Assembly (NCBI GenBank): GCA_043228905.1 | Contig: JBHGNT010000002.1 | Coordinates: 24,738,001-24,802,000 of the forward strand | DNA from: Azolla caroliniana | Lineage: Eukaryota > Plantae > Polypodiophyta | Direction: 5' to 3' | Length of the DNA stretch: 64,000 nt | In this document: positions 50,032 through 62,200 of the stretch, one piece after another | Position numbering within the stretch: the first letter of the stretch is position 1 | Layout of the letters: each line of letters begins with the position of its first letter | Position numbers and translations under genes: made by a program | Notes under the pieces: model-generated | Databases searched by the model: none | Seen by the model: only the letters and a program-made list of their open reading frames with translations | Told to the model about the DNA's origin: nothing

Positions 50032-52967
50032 AGGCTAGACCGGTTTTCTCCGTCCCAACACAATTTGGCGCATGCCAGTGGATGCGCGGTTAGGTGGGGG
50101 CGGATGTCGTGAAGAAAACCGTCCACGAGCGGAATCGGTGCACCGGAGCGTAGAAACCGACTCTTCATGCACGTGCACCATAAGTTGAACATAGGAGATC
50201 CTAGGTAGATTCGGTTGGTAGGGAGTAAAAGGGGAAACGGCTCCTTCCTTGCCTATAAAAGGAGGGAGACGAGGAGGGTAGATGGATCGCGGAGAGTCGA
50301 GGACGAAGTGCTGTCGGATTGGGCGGGAAGGCTTCTCTCTCTCTCTCTCTCTGGTTCGCAGACTCCATAGCTTCCTTCTGTGCAGGTTTCAGGAGGCTCG
50401 CGCTGCTCTGAGGAATGCCCGAGTGCTTCCGGCAGCACCCTTAACCTGTTCCTGTCTTTCTGTGCGTTTACGAACAGGTATCGGCATCTGTCCGCCGGCC
50501 TGTTCGGTTGTAACCGACTTCGTGTTTGTTGTCTTCGTGTTCTTGTTGTTTGTCTTGTCAATACATACATACTTTCGTGTCTTTCTGTGTCGTTGTCCCA
50601 TTCTCGTCTTTGCGTCGAAGGGCCGTGTCCCTGTGAAACTACGCTCGCACGTAGTGGGTCTCTCTCTCTCTCTTACTCTTCGGTACAGGACCCCTGAGGT
50701 CCCGCCTCACTCCACACATCCGCGAGGAATACCTCGACAACGCCCACGTTGCCGAGCCGCTATACAGGTTGCTGAAAAAGGGGCGAAAATTCGAGTGGCG
50801 AGACGAGCATACGGAGTCGGTCCGAAAGATGAAGGAGGCTCTTGCTGCAGCTCCGACACTCCGGAAGGCTGTCTACGAGAAAGGCACTCCCATCTACATA
50901 ACGGTAGATACAAGTCCGACTGGGATCGGATGGGTCGTCAACCAAGAAGATAAGGACGGCATTCGGTTCCCAATCCGGTATGGCGCAAAGGTCCTCAGCG
51001 AGCGACAGCGAGGATACGCCCAGGTTAAACGCGAACTCTGGGGTATCGTTTCGGCGGTGAAGGCCGATAAAGACTATTTGATCGGGACAAAGGTGATTAT
51101 TGAGACGGACTGCCTGCCGATTCTCGGCATGGTTTCCGGATGCGCAACCCCGGACCTGGCAATGCTCAGGTGGATAACGTACATCAAGTCCCTGGATCCG
51201 GAAATACGGCACATTTCCGGGAAAGACAACGTCATGGCCGACATGCTTTCGAGGGCGCGATTCGACGACGAGGGCGGCATGGTTTCGAAGGACGAGGAAG
51301 TCGGCGTGGACTTCTTCGAGGCGGTTTACGTAACAACTGAAGGGGGGAGCACTCCGGCGCTTAACGATTTCAACGAGAGCAAGTACGACGGGGAGTGGCT
51401 ACAGATCGGAGGGTTCCTGAAGACAATGACGCCGGACGTGTCATGGACAAAGAACGAGGCCAACCGGATCCGGAAGAAAGCGTACCGATTCTTCCTCCGG
51501 GACGGGTACATATGGAAGCACCCGAAGAAGAGGAACGACATCCCACTCCGAGTGGTGGCGAAGAAGGAGGAACAGGAGGATTTGCTGGCGGCGTACCACG
51601 AAAGCCCGTGGGCTGGACACCGTGGGACGTGGGCCACGTTCGAGAAACTAAAGGGGAAGTACTGGTGGGGATGTGCATCGGTTCGTGACAACTTGTGAGA
51701 GCTGTCAGATACACTCCATAGTCTGACATCGGGACGAGCTCCACCCTACATACCCTCCGGCCATCCACTTCAAATGGATGGTAGATTTGGTGACGATGCC
51801 GATGGGCATCGGGCAGATGCGATATCTGGTGCTAGCCCGGGAGGACCTGACGAACCAGGTGGAAGGCCGAGCCCTACAGAACAAAACGACCGCGGTCGTG
51901 TGTTGGTTCCTGATCGAGGACGTGATATGCCAGTACGGGTGCGTCGGGAAGATCGTGGCTGACCGCGGGGAGTTGGACACCGAAGAGGCCGAGGAGCTGT
52001 TCGACCGGTTAGGGGTCAAGCTCTCGCTCACCACAACGTACAATCCGGAGGCGAACAGGAAGGTGGAGCGCGGACACGGACCGATCGTCAAAGCACTAGT
52101 CCGAGCGTGCGGAGGCCAGGTCGGGAACTGGCCACGACTGTTACCTTATGCCTTGTAGGCGGACCGGACAACGCACAGTTCAGTAACCGGGTTCATGCCG
52201 TCAGAGCTCATGTTCGGACAGAAGCCGATCATGCCAATGGAACGAACGATCTCCTCTTGGGCAACAGTGGACTGGAGAGACGAGATGAGCCGGGAAGAAC
52301 TGATAGCGGCGGATGTCGTGAAGAAAACCGTCCCTTAGCGTAATCTGTGCATAGCGCGCGTGAACCGGCTCTTCACGCGTGCACACCCTTTAATGTATAT
52401 AATAGAGAATTAGGTACAAAGGTATATCCTAGGTAGTTAGATTCGGTAGGTAGAAAGTTAATGACGGAAACGGCTCCCTTCTTGAAGCTATAAAAGAGAG
52501 GGAGACTCGGGGAGTAGGGGATTATTATTTTCTAAGGAGGACGAAGTGCTGTCGGACCGAAACCGAACGCTTCTCCTCTGTTCGCTCCCCATCGCTCTTC
52601 TCTGTAGGGTTTCGGGAGGCTCGCGCTGCTTCGAGGAACGCCCGTGTGCTTCCGGCATCACCTCCATCCTATCCCCTTTCGTGCGCAGATGAGCACGCAT
52701 CGCCATCTGTTCGCCGGCCTGTTTGGTTGTAACCGCTCGCCTGTTGTGTTGTTTATTTGTCATTCGTTAATATACAAGCATTCGTGTCTCTCTGTCTCTA
52801 TGTCCATTCGTGTCTTCTGCATTGATAGGGTTGTGTCCCTGTGTTTCTTTGCTCATACGTAACCGAGCGTCTCTCTCTTTCTCTTTCCCCTTCTACCACC
52901 TGCTCTTTGGTTCAAGACCCCGGTGGTCCCGCCTCGTTTCTCCACGCATGCGCGTAGTAACGCGACA

Positions 52968-53088
52968 ACGTGAAAACGACATTCCGTCACAGTGACCTCG
53001 AAGAGGAGATCTACATGCAACAACCGGAAGGATTCGTGGAGAAAGGGAAGGAGCACCTGGTTTGTCGGTTGAAGAAGAGCCTGTACGG
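52968..53088 (+). mobile_element. 121-bp Ty1/Copia RT fragment between two Gypsy LTRs
   Basis: Translates as VKTTFRHSDLEEEIYMQQPEGFVEKGKEHLVCRLKKSLYG, matching the Copia DVKTAFLHGDLEEEIYM..LKKSLYG motif. Confidence 0.92.
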
Positions 53089-53612
53089 TGTCGTGAAGAA
53101 AACCGACCATAGGCGGAATTCGAGAGAAAGCGTGTAAACCGGCCCTTACACGGATGGACGCATGACTTGATATTTTGTACACGAACTGGTGGATGTAAAT
53201 ACTAAGCCACACGCATTTATTAGGGGGGGATTGTGCGTATCCCGGTGAGAGGGACATGGAATAAAGGGAGGAGGACAAGGGAAAACGGGTATCGCGGGCG
53301 AGGAGGAAGAAAAGCGGGGGCTGCAGAACGGAAGGAGGGGTGCTCTCTCTTCGACTCGAATCGTCGCTCTCTGCGGGTGTCGGGAGATCGCTGCCTCTGC
53401 TTCGTGGACAGCCCGTGTGCTTCCAGCAGAGTCGCTCCCTTTCCCCTTTTGTTTCTTGGAGTTGTGAGACTGTCGTCGGTGTGCGTGAGTAGGGTCCCCG
53501 TGTCGGGTCCGTCGCCGCTTTGTCAGTTGTAACTGTCGGAGTTTGTAATCTCTTGTCATTATAATTAAGTGTTATGTTCTATATCTCTCTTTCTCGCTTC
53601 TAAGTGTCGATG

Positions 53613-53614
<2 letters not shown>

Positions 53615-53662
<48 letters not shown>
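53615..53662. repeat. (TC)n microsatellite expanded in the E LTR
   Basis: Read directly from the sequence; shorter in the A LTR. Confidence 0.9.
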
Positions 53663-53667
<5 letters not shown>

Positions 53668-54586
53668 GGTCCAAGACCCTCGTGGTCCCACCCCTTTCTA
53701 CACAAACGCGTGTAACAACGCGACATCTTTGGTGAACCCGACGTGAAAGGGTGGCAAAGGAGTCCAAAGATGAGGGGATCGGAGCTAGCAGAGGCAATGG
53801 CGGTGGTCGTCGACCGGCTGGTGAGCGCTCGTGAGGGAACGGGTACCCTTGACAGAGCCATTGAATCGATTGTCGGCTCTATAGGCCATTTCGGAGGGAA
53901 AGATGCCACAAGTTATTTGGAGGCTTACCGGGCCGAAATGAACATGAGGGATATCCCGGTGGACAGGCGGTTGTCCGGATTCCCTCGGGTGGTGACGTCG
54001 GGCATCCATGCGGAGGTGCTCGAGGTGTTGGCCGGATGCCAAACTTGGGAGGAGTTCGAGCTGCAGCTCCTCGAGAAGTACGGGTTTGACGACTCACTCC
54101 GGCTGTCGAGGCGGGACTTCATGGCGTGGGTGGAAAGCCCCGGAAAAGGGAGGAACACGTCGGTGCTCCTCCAGGAGTTCGAAAAACGGTTCGCGCGGCT
54201 GTCGACGCTGGACTGGACGGTGCTCGAAACAAGTTGAGTACTGTTGTTTGTCAAGTTCGTGGATGCGCTCAACAGGGAAAAGGTGGGGCCCCTATTGGAA
54301 ACGGACGAAGGGCTCACGACGGACTGGGCCGTGGTAAAACGGGTCTACAGCCGTTTCGACAAACGGTGCGATTGGAGCGACGGAAGCACGTCGGGATCGG
54401 GGCCGGTCCCGGGGAGGAGGCTCGAGGAGCCTATATCACAGCAGCACGGATGGAGACCAAGGTGCTGGACAACGGTTCAGCCTATGCAAGAGTCAAAAGC
54501 CAGGACGGGCGTCACTCAGTCCAGTTCCTAACGGTGCGACCAAACCACGAGCGTAACCGCGAGGCCCTCGGCAGCGAAACCCGAGG

Positions 54587-56113
54587 GGATTTTTAGATAG
54601 GGCTATCAAGGCGTGGGGCCGCGATAGTCTGGACTCCCCGGAACAACCCCACAAATGTACAGTACGGAAGAAGAATTGTACCATGGGTAGGAAGTTTTGG
54701 TTTTCCGACAACGGAGGTTGTATTATAACCGGCGTCAGCGACCGGGAGAGGAAAGGGAACACTTTGGCGCTTAACGAATTTGACGAAAGCAGGTACGACA
54801 GGGAGTGGCTCCAATTCGGGAGGTTCCTACGGACGATGACGTCGGACGTAGCATGGGCGAGAGAGGAGGCGAGCCAGATACGGAGGAAGGTGTACCGATT
54901 CTTCCTGCGGGACGGGTGCTTATGGAAGCACCCAAAGAAGAGAAGCGACATCCCACTCCGAGTAGTGGCAAAGAAAGAAGAACAGGGGAAACTACTGGCG
55001 GCATTCCACGAGAGCCCATGGGCTGGACACCGCGGAATGTGGGCCACGTTCGAGAAGCTGAAGGAGAAGTACTGGTGGCCAGGGCTATACCATGACGTGC
55101 ATCGGTTCGTAACGACTTGCGAAAGCTGTCAGGTGCACCTGACCTACCCGCCTACTGTCCATTTCAAGTGGATGGTGGACTTGGTGACGATGCCGATGGG
55201 GGTAGGACAGATGCGATACCTGGTACTTGCACAAGAAGACTTAACGAACCAGGTGGAAGGCCGTGCACTGCAAAGCAAGACAACCGCGGCGGTATGCCGG
55301 TTCCTGATCGAAGAAGTAGTGTGTCGGTACGGATGCGTTGGGAGGATCGTGGCAGACCGGGGAGAGCTGGATGCGCGGGAGGCCGAGGAGTTGTTTGACC
55401 GGCTAGGCGTCAAACTCTCCCTCACTACGGCGTACAATCCGGAGGCGAACGGAAAGGTGGAACGTGGGCACGGACCGATTGTAAAGGCGTTGGTGCGTGC
55501 ATGCGGTGGGCAGGTCGGGAATTGGTCGCGAATCCTTCCTTACGCGCTATGGGCGAACCGGACTACGCACAGTTCGGTGACAGGGTTTATGCCGGCGGAG
55601 CTAATGTACGGACAAAATCCGATCATGACGGTGGAACGGACGGTTTCTTCGTGGGCGGCGGTAGATTGGAAGGATGAAATGAGCCGGGGGGAGTTGCTAA
55701 CGGCGCGGATTCAGCAACTCGAACCGAGGCCGGAGGACGTGATACAGGCGAAGGAAAAGCTGCGAGCAGCGAGGGAGCAGAACAAGACCCGGTTCAACCG
55801 AACGCACCGGTTGCGACCAAAGAAGATCGAGGAAGGCGATTGGGTGTTGGTATACGACAACAGCCTTGACAATCAGCATGAGGCGGTGCGAAAGTTTGCT
55901 AGGAGATGGTTCTGGCCCTACATGCTGACGAGCGTGAACGACAACGACACGTACCACCTCGCGGAAGTCGACGGGACACAGTTAGCGGTGCCGGTGGCCG
56001 GGAAGCGGATCAAAGCTTTCAAAAAGCGGTTCGAAGTCGAGTCGGAGCCTGCGAGTGGGAGCGACAATGACGATCAATTCGGGTCCAGCGGAGAATCAGA
56101 GAGCAACGAGTGA
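54587..56113 (+). CDS. Copy E residual Pol: N-terminal stub fused in frame to integrase
   Basis: The frame is open from the slippery site; ..VSDRERKG|NTLALNEFDES.. joins directly to the pre-integrase region. Confidence 0.75.
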   Translation, partial: GFLDRAIKAWGRDSLDSPEQPHKCTVRKKNCTMGRKFWFSDNGGCIITGVSDRERKGNTLALNEFDESRYDREWLQFGRFLRTMTSDVAWAREEASQIRRKVYRFFLRDGCLWKHPKKRSDIPLRVVAKKEEQGKLLAAFHESPWAGHRGMWATFEKLKEKYWWPGLYHDVHRFVTTCESCQVHLTYPPTVHFKWMVDLVTMPMGVGQMRYLVLAQEDLTNQVEGRALQSKTTAAVCRFLIEEVVCRYGCVGRIVADRGELDAREAEELFDRLGVKLSLTTAYNPEANGKVERGHGPIVKALVRACGGQVGNWSRILPYALWANRTTHSSVTGFMPAELMYGQNPIMTVERTVSSWAAVDWKDEMSRGELLTARIQQLEPRPEDVIQAKEKLRAAREQNKTRFNRTHRLRPKKIEEGDWVLVYDNSLDNQHEAVRKFARRWFWPYMLTSVNDNDTYHLAEVDGTQLAVPVAGKRIKAFKKRFEVESEPASGSDNDDQFGSSGESESNE

Positions 56114-56227
56114 GGACGGGTTTCTTTGATATCTGCCCATCTCTGGCGCATACCGATGGATGCGCGGTTTGGTGGGGGTGGATGTCGTAAAGAAAACCGG
56201 CCATAGGCGGAATCGGAGAGAAAGCGC

Positions 56228-59200
56228 TGTCGTGAAGAAAACCATTCACAAGCGGAATCAGTGCACCGGAGTGTAGGAACCAGCTCTTCATGCACATACA
56301 CCTTATGTTGTACATAAGAGAGAATTAGGTACATAGAAGATCCTAGGTAGGTAGATTCGGTAGGTAGGAAGTTAATGGGAAACGACTCCTTTCTTGCCTA
56401 TAAAAGGAGGGAGACGGGGAGGAGAAAAGGGGGATCACGGTTAGAGAGGACGAAGTATTGTCGGGTTGTCGGCCGAAGGCTTCTCTCTCTTCCATACTCC
56501 GTAGCTTCTTCCTGTGCAGGTTTTCGGGAGGCTCGCGCTGCTCTAAGGAATGCCCGAGTGCTTCCGGTAGCACCTCCAACCTACTCCTTTCTTTCTGAGC
56601 GTTTACGAACAAGCATCGGCATCTGTTCGCCGGCCTGCTCGGTTGTAACCGACTTCGTGCTTCTTGTTGTTTGTCCTGGTTAATATATATATACATACAT
56701 TCGTGTCTCTCTGCGTCGGTGTCCCACTCGCGTCTTTGTGTCGAAGGGCCGTGTCCCTGTGAATCTACGTCCACACGTAGTCGGTCCCTTCCCTTCTCCT
56801 TTGTCTCTTGCTCTTCGGTACAAGACCCCCGAGGCCCCGCCTCATTCCACACATCTGCGAGGAATACCTCGACATCTTGGTGAACACGACGTGAACGAGG
56901 CGGCAGAAGAGCAGAAGATGAAGGGGTCGGATCTTGCGGAGGCCATGGCTTCGGCCGTGGATCGGATATTGAGCGCACGCGAGGGCACCGGCGCCCTCGA
57001 TAGAGCCATTGAGGTGGTCGTCGGTACGATCGGCCGGTTCAGCGGAAAGGATGCCACGAAGTATTTGGCGTCCTACGGGGCAGAAATGTTGATACAGGAC
57101 ATTTCGGAAGAGAGGCGCCTTGTCGGGTTCCCTCGAGTGGCGATGCTGAGCATCCATGCAGAGGTGCTCGAGGTACGGGCGGAGAACCGTACCTGGGGGG
57201 AGTCTGAAGGCCAACTCCTAGAGAAATACGGGCTGGACGAAGCGCTCCGGCTTTCGAAACGGGACTTCATGGGATGGGTGGAGTCCCCCGGCAAGGGAAG
57301 AAACGCGTCGGCACTCCTCCGGGAGTTTGAGGAACGCTTTGCGCGCCTTTCGGCGCTTGACCGAACCGTTCTGGATACGAGCCGGGTCCTACTGTTCGTC
57401 AAGTCGGTGGACGAGCAGGACCGGGATCAAGTCGGCCCCCTTGCTGGAAACCGAAGACGGGCTGACGATCGACTGGGCTGCGGTTAAGAGAGTCTGTGGC
57501 CGTTTCGACAAACGGCGAGAATGGGCTGATAACGGGGCGGCCAGTGCGGGCTCTGTCATAGCAAGGAGGCTTGAACCGGCACCGCAAGGGCGAAGGGAAG
57601 AGACCCGGGAGTGGCTCGAAACCGGTTCGGCTTCGACCGGCATGGTCAATGGCTCGTCCGGAGGAGCAGCATTGGAGGAGTTGACGCGGGCGATAAAGGA
57701 TCTCCAGATCGCCCAGGCTCGAAGGGAAGGCGGCGAACCGGCTCGTGACCGACGGCCGACAGCAGGGAACAGGTGCATGTGGTGCGACGAGGTCAGCCAC
57801 ATTCGGAAGGACTGCGGCGATTTCGCAGAGGCATTGAGGAACCGGGTGGTGTACCTATGGGAAGGTCGGGTGCTCGCCGGGGATACCAGAACGGCCCTAA
57901 ACCGGAACGACGGGCGAGCAGGTATGAAGAGACTGATGGAAGAGGCAGCGGCCCGACACGTGGAGGCCATCCACTACTCGGCGTCGGCCGGCATTCGGGT
58001 CGGGGGCAGCGAGGCCCGAAAGGAGGGCAAAGACGGATTCTGGTCGGCAATGCTGGAAGGTCTTGCCGGCGCACGGCCAAGAAAAGACGAAACGGACCGT
58101 GCTGAGAGACGGGTCCGGGAAATAAATGGGTGGAGCGATCCGGTCAAGGAGAAGACGGGCTTCGTAGAAGCCGCTTGCCAGAACTACGAGGCTCTGGTAG
58201 AAGAAAAACGAGTGGGGAAAGCCGGAGCGGCCGGGCCCTCGCAACGGTACGAGACCCGATTCGGGCAACGATGGAACGATGCCGGTGGGCCCGGCCCGCA
58301 AGACAACCCCAGGAAGGGCGGGTACCGACTGGGGACAGAAATAGAAAGGGCTACGGACCTACGAAAGGTCCTAGAAGAACGGATCCTCGACAGCAAAGTG
58401 GAGCTGTCATTGCGGGAGGTGCTAGGGATCGCCAAGAAGGAGTTCCACGAATCCATCGTGGACCTGGTGAAACGGAAGAGACTGTCGACGGAGACGGAAC
58501 CGGAAAAACCGGTGGAGGTGCGGACGACGCACATCGACGACTCGGTGCTGGAAGATGAGTTGGCAGAGAGCCACTATTCGAGGCCACACTGGGCCCGAGC
58601 GACCACAGAGACCCCGGTAAAGAGCGGAGATGTTCGGGAACCAGTGGTGGCGTTGGTGGACCACGGTTCGGAAATAAACCTAATGTCCATGGACTTCTAT
58701 GAGAAGGGGAAGTGGCCGATCAACACCAAGCACGGGTGGAAGATACGGGTGGTGACGCGCGCCACCGAGGAACTGCATGGGGCCTGCCCGAACGTGCGAG
58801 TCAAGATCGGCGACATCGAGATTAACCAGCACTTCTTCGTACAGGAAACGTCTTCGCACCCGGTCATCTTAGGGGAACCATACATCACGGCGGTGAGAAT
58901 GGAGACCAAGGTGCTGGACAACGGTTCGGCCTACACGAGGGTCAAAAGCCAGGACGGGCGCCATTCGGTGCAATTTTTGACGGTGCGGCCGAACCAGGAG
59001 AGAAACCGCGAATCCCTCAGTGGCGAGAACCGGGAGGATTTTTAGAGAGGACTGCCAAGGCGTGGGGCCGAGACAGTCCGGACACTCAGGAAAGACCCCA
59101 CGATTGTACGATAGGCAGGAGATTTTGCTTCTCCGACAACGGAGGGTGTATGATGGTCGGCATCGTAGGCCGAGAAAAGACAAGGGCGGAAGAGCGACTT

Positions 59201-62200
59201 CGAGCATGCGGAGTTCTCGGCACGGACGAGGAAATCAGCGGAGCCGTGGAGGCGGTCTCCTTCGACGACACCTTAGGGATGCTGAGGAAGGTTGCCGGAG
59301 AAGACCTTAACGAAGACCGGACGATACCGGTATGTTCCGAAGAGATGTATGAAGTCATCGCGAACTTCAGTCGGGGGCTCGGGTCGGATCGGACGACCCG
59401 AGTTAGCACAAAGTACAAGACTGTGGACCGGAAGGTAAGGCCAGTCGCGGCACCCTTACCGGAGGGCAGCGAGTCCCGGATCAGAGGGGTTGCGTCGGAC
59501 CCTAGTTTGCGAGATCCGGTCTGCATAGTACACACCTTCACCGACGGAACGCTCCGGGAGCTCAAAATCGGTGGGGGCGGGTTCCTACTGCCGGCGGAGG
59601 AAGACCGGTTTCGGAGAATGCTCGGAAGACACGGGAAAGCCTTCGCATTCTCACCGGAAGAGATCGGGTGCGTAGACCCGACAATCGTGGAGCCGATGGT
59701 GCTATTCACGATACCGCATGTGCCGTGGAATCTCAATCCGATTCCAGTACCGAGAGCTCAAATCCCGAAGTTGATGGAGCTGTTGAGGCAGAAAGTCGAT
59801 ATGGGCATTCTCGAACCGTCGAGTGCCACATACTCGAACCGATGGTTTACCGTACCAAAGAAAAACGGAACATTGCGCTTCATTCAAGACCTGCAGCCGG
59901 TCAACAGAGTGACCATTCGGAACGCAAGAATCGGACCGACCATAGACGAGTTCGCGGAGGCCTTCGCCGGAAGGTCGATTTACTTGGTCGGTGATCTGTA
60001 CTCGGGGTACAACCAGTTCCAGCTAGCCGTGGAGAGCAGAGACATTACGACGATGCGAACTCCCCTCGGCCTAGTGCGAATGTGTACCCTGCCACAGGGA
60101 GGGACCAATTCGGTGGCCCACATGGTGAATGCAATGAACAAGGTACTGAGAGATTGCATCCCAGACATCACCATGCCATTTCTAGACGACATCCCGATCA
60201 AGGGGTGCCCGGTGGAAGAGAAGGACGAGACCCTCGGGCCGGACGGATGCCGGCGGTTCGTGGCAACACACATCGACGACTGCGAGAAGGTGCTACAAAG
60301 GCTAGAGGTTGCGAGGCTCACCTTCTCCGGGGAGAAATCGGCCTTCGGGCAATCAGAAATCCTGGTAGTCGGACACCTATGTGGACCATATGGCCGGAAG
60401 CCGTCTCCGGCAAAGGTAGAAGCCATCTCCGCGATGAAGACCGATTGTAGCTCGGTTACGGAAGTTCGGAGGTTCCTGGGGGCATGCGCATTCTACCACA
60501 TATGGATCCCGCATTACGCCCACGTTGCGGAGCCGCTATACGGGTTGCTGAAGAAAGGGCGAAAATTCGAGTGGCGAGACGAGCACACGGAGTCGGTCCG
60601 GAAGCTAAAGGAAGCTCTTGCGGCAGCACCGGCGCTCCGGAAGGCTGTCTACGAGAAGGGTATCCCGGTATACATAACGGTGGATACGAGTCCGACCGGG
60701 ATCGGATGGGTCGTCAACCAAGAAGACGAGGACGGCATTTGGTTCCCGATCTGATTCGGCACAAAGGTCCTCAGTGAGCGACAGCGAGGGTACGCCCAGG
60801 TTAAACGCGAACTCTGGGGTATCGTTTCGGCAGTAAAGGCCGACAAAGACTACCTGATCGGGACAGAAGTGATTATCGAGACGAATTGCCTGCCAATTCT
60901 CGGCATGGTCTCCGGATGCGCGACACCGGACCTGGCAATGCTCAGGTGGATAGCATACATCAAGCCCCTGGATCCGGAAATACGGCACATTTCCAGAAAG
61001 GACAACGCCATGGCCGACATGCTTTCGAGGGCGAGGTTTGATGACGAGGGCGACATGCTTTCGGAGGACGAAGAAGTCGGCGTGGACTTCTTCGAGGCAG
61101 CGTACGTGACGACCGATGGGACGAGCACTCCGGCGCTTAACGGCTTCGACGAGAGCAAGTACGACGGCGAGTGGCTCCAGATCGGTGGTTTCTTGAGGAC
61201 AATGACGTCGGATGCGTCGTGGACGAGGGACGAGACCAACCGGATCCGGAAGAAAGCATACCGATTCTTTCTCCGGGACGGATACTTATGGAAGCACCCG
61301 AAGAAGAGGAACGGCATCTCGCTCCGGGTGGTGGCAATGAAGGAAGAACAGGAGGAGCTGCTGACGGCCTACCACGACAGCCCTTGGGCTGGACACCGTG
61401 GGACGTGGGCCACGTTCGAGAAGATAAAGGGGAAGTACTGGTGGCCGGGACTGTACCGGGACGTGCATCTGTTCGTGACAACTTGCGAGAGCTGTCAGAT
61501 GCACTCCATAGTCCGGCATCGGGACGAGCTTCACCCTACGTACCCTTCGACCATCCACTTCAAATGGATGGTAGATCTGGTGACGATGCCGATTGGAGTA
61601 GGAGAGATGCGGTATCTGGTCCTGGCTCGGGAAGATCTGACGAACCAGGTGGAAGGCCGAGCCCTTCAGAACAAAATGACGGCCGTATGTCAGTTCCTGA
61701 TCGAGGACGTGATCTACCGGTACGGGTGCGTTGGGAAGATCATGGCTGATCGCGGGGAGTTGGACGCCGAAGAGGCCGAGGAGCTGTTCGACCGGATAGG
61801 AGTCAAGCTCTCGCTTACCACTGCGTACAATCCGGAGGCGCATGGGAAGGTGGAGCACGGACATGGACCGATCGTCAAGGCGTTAGTTCGGGCATGCAGA
61901 GGTCAAGTCGGGAACTGGCCGCGGTTGTTGCCTTACGCGTTGTGGGCGGACCGAACTACGCACAGTTTGGTAACCGGATTCATGCCGGCAGAGCTCATGT
62001 TTGGGCAGAAGCCGATCATGCCGATGGAACGTACGATCTCCTCATGGGCAACCGTGGACTGGAAAGACGAGATGAGCCGGGAGGAACTGTTGGCGGCGCG
62101 CATACGACAGCTCGAGCGAAGACCGTAGGATGTGGAGCAGGCTGCGGGAAAGCTTCGGGTGGCAAGGACGAGGAACAAAGCCCGGTTCGACCGAACGCAC

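Larger units (their letters stand above)
43779..50739 (+). mobile_element. Gypsy copy D, full length, nested in the pol of C
   Basis: LTRs at 43779-44411 and 50105-50739. The 4-bp TSD is ACGC (43775-43778 / 50740-50743). Confidence 0.97.
40525..52967 (+). mobile_element. Gypsy copy C, 5'-truncated and interrupted by copy D
   Basis: It starts mid-gag (FMEWVES) and runs through PR, the slippery site at 42265 and RT to 43778. It resumes at 50744 (PHYA|HVAEP). The integrase end is deleted up to the PPT. The 3' LTR is 52314-52967 and the right flank is ACGT. Confidence 0.9.
53089..56227 (+). mobile_element. Gypsy copy E (A-type LTR), internally deleted; 3' LTR cut after 45 bp by copy F
   Basis: 5' LTR 53089-53725, PBS, gag ATG 53770. 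One deletion at about 54430 joins gag to the PR end and another at about 54757 removes RT/RH. The integrase ends at 56113 and the 3' LTR stub is 56183-56227. The left flank is ACGG. Confidence 0.92.
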
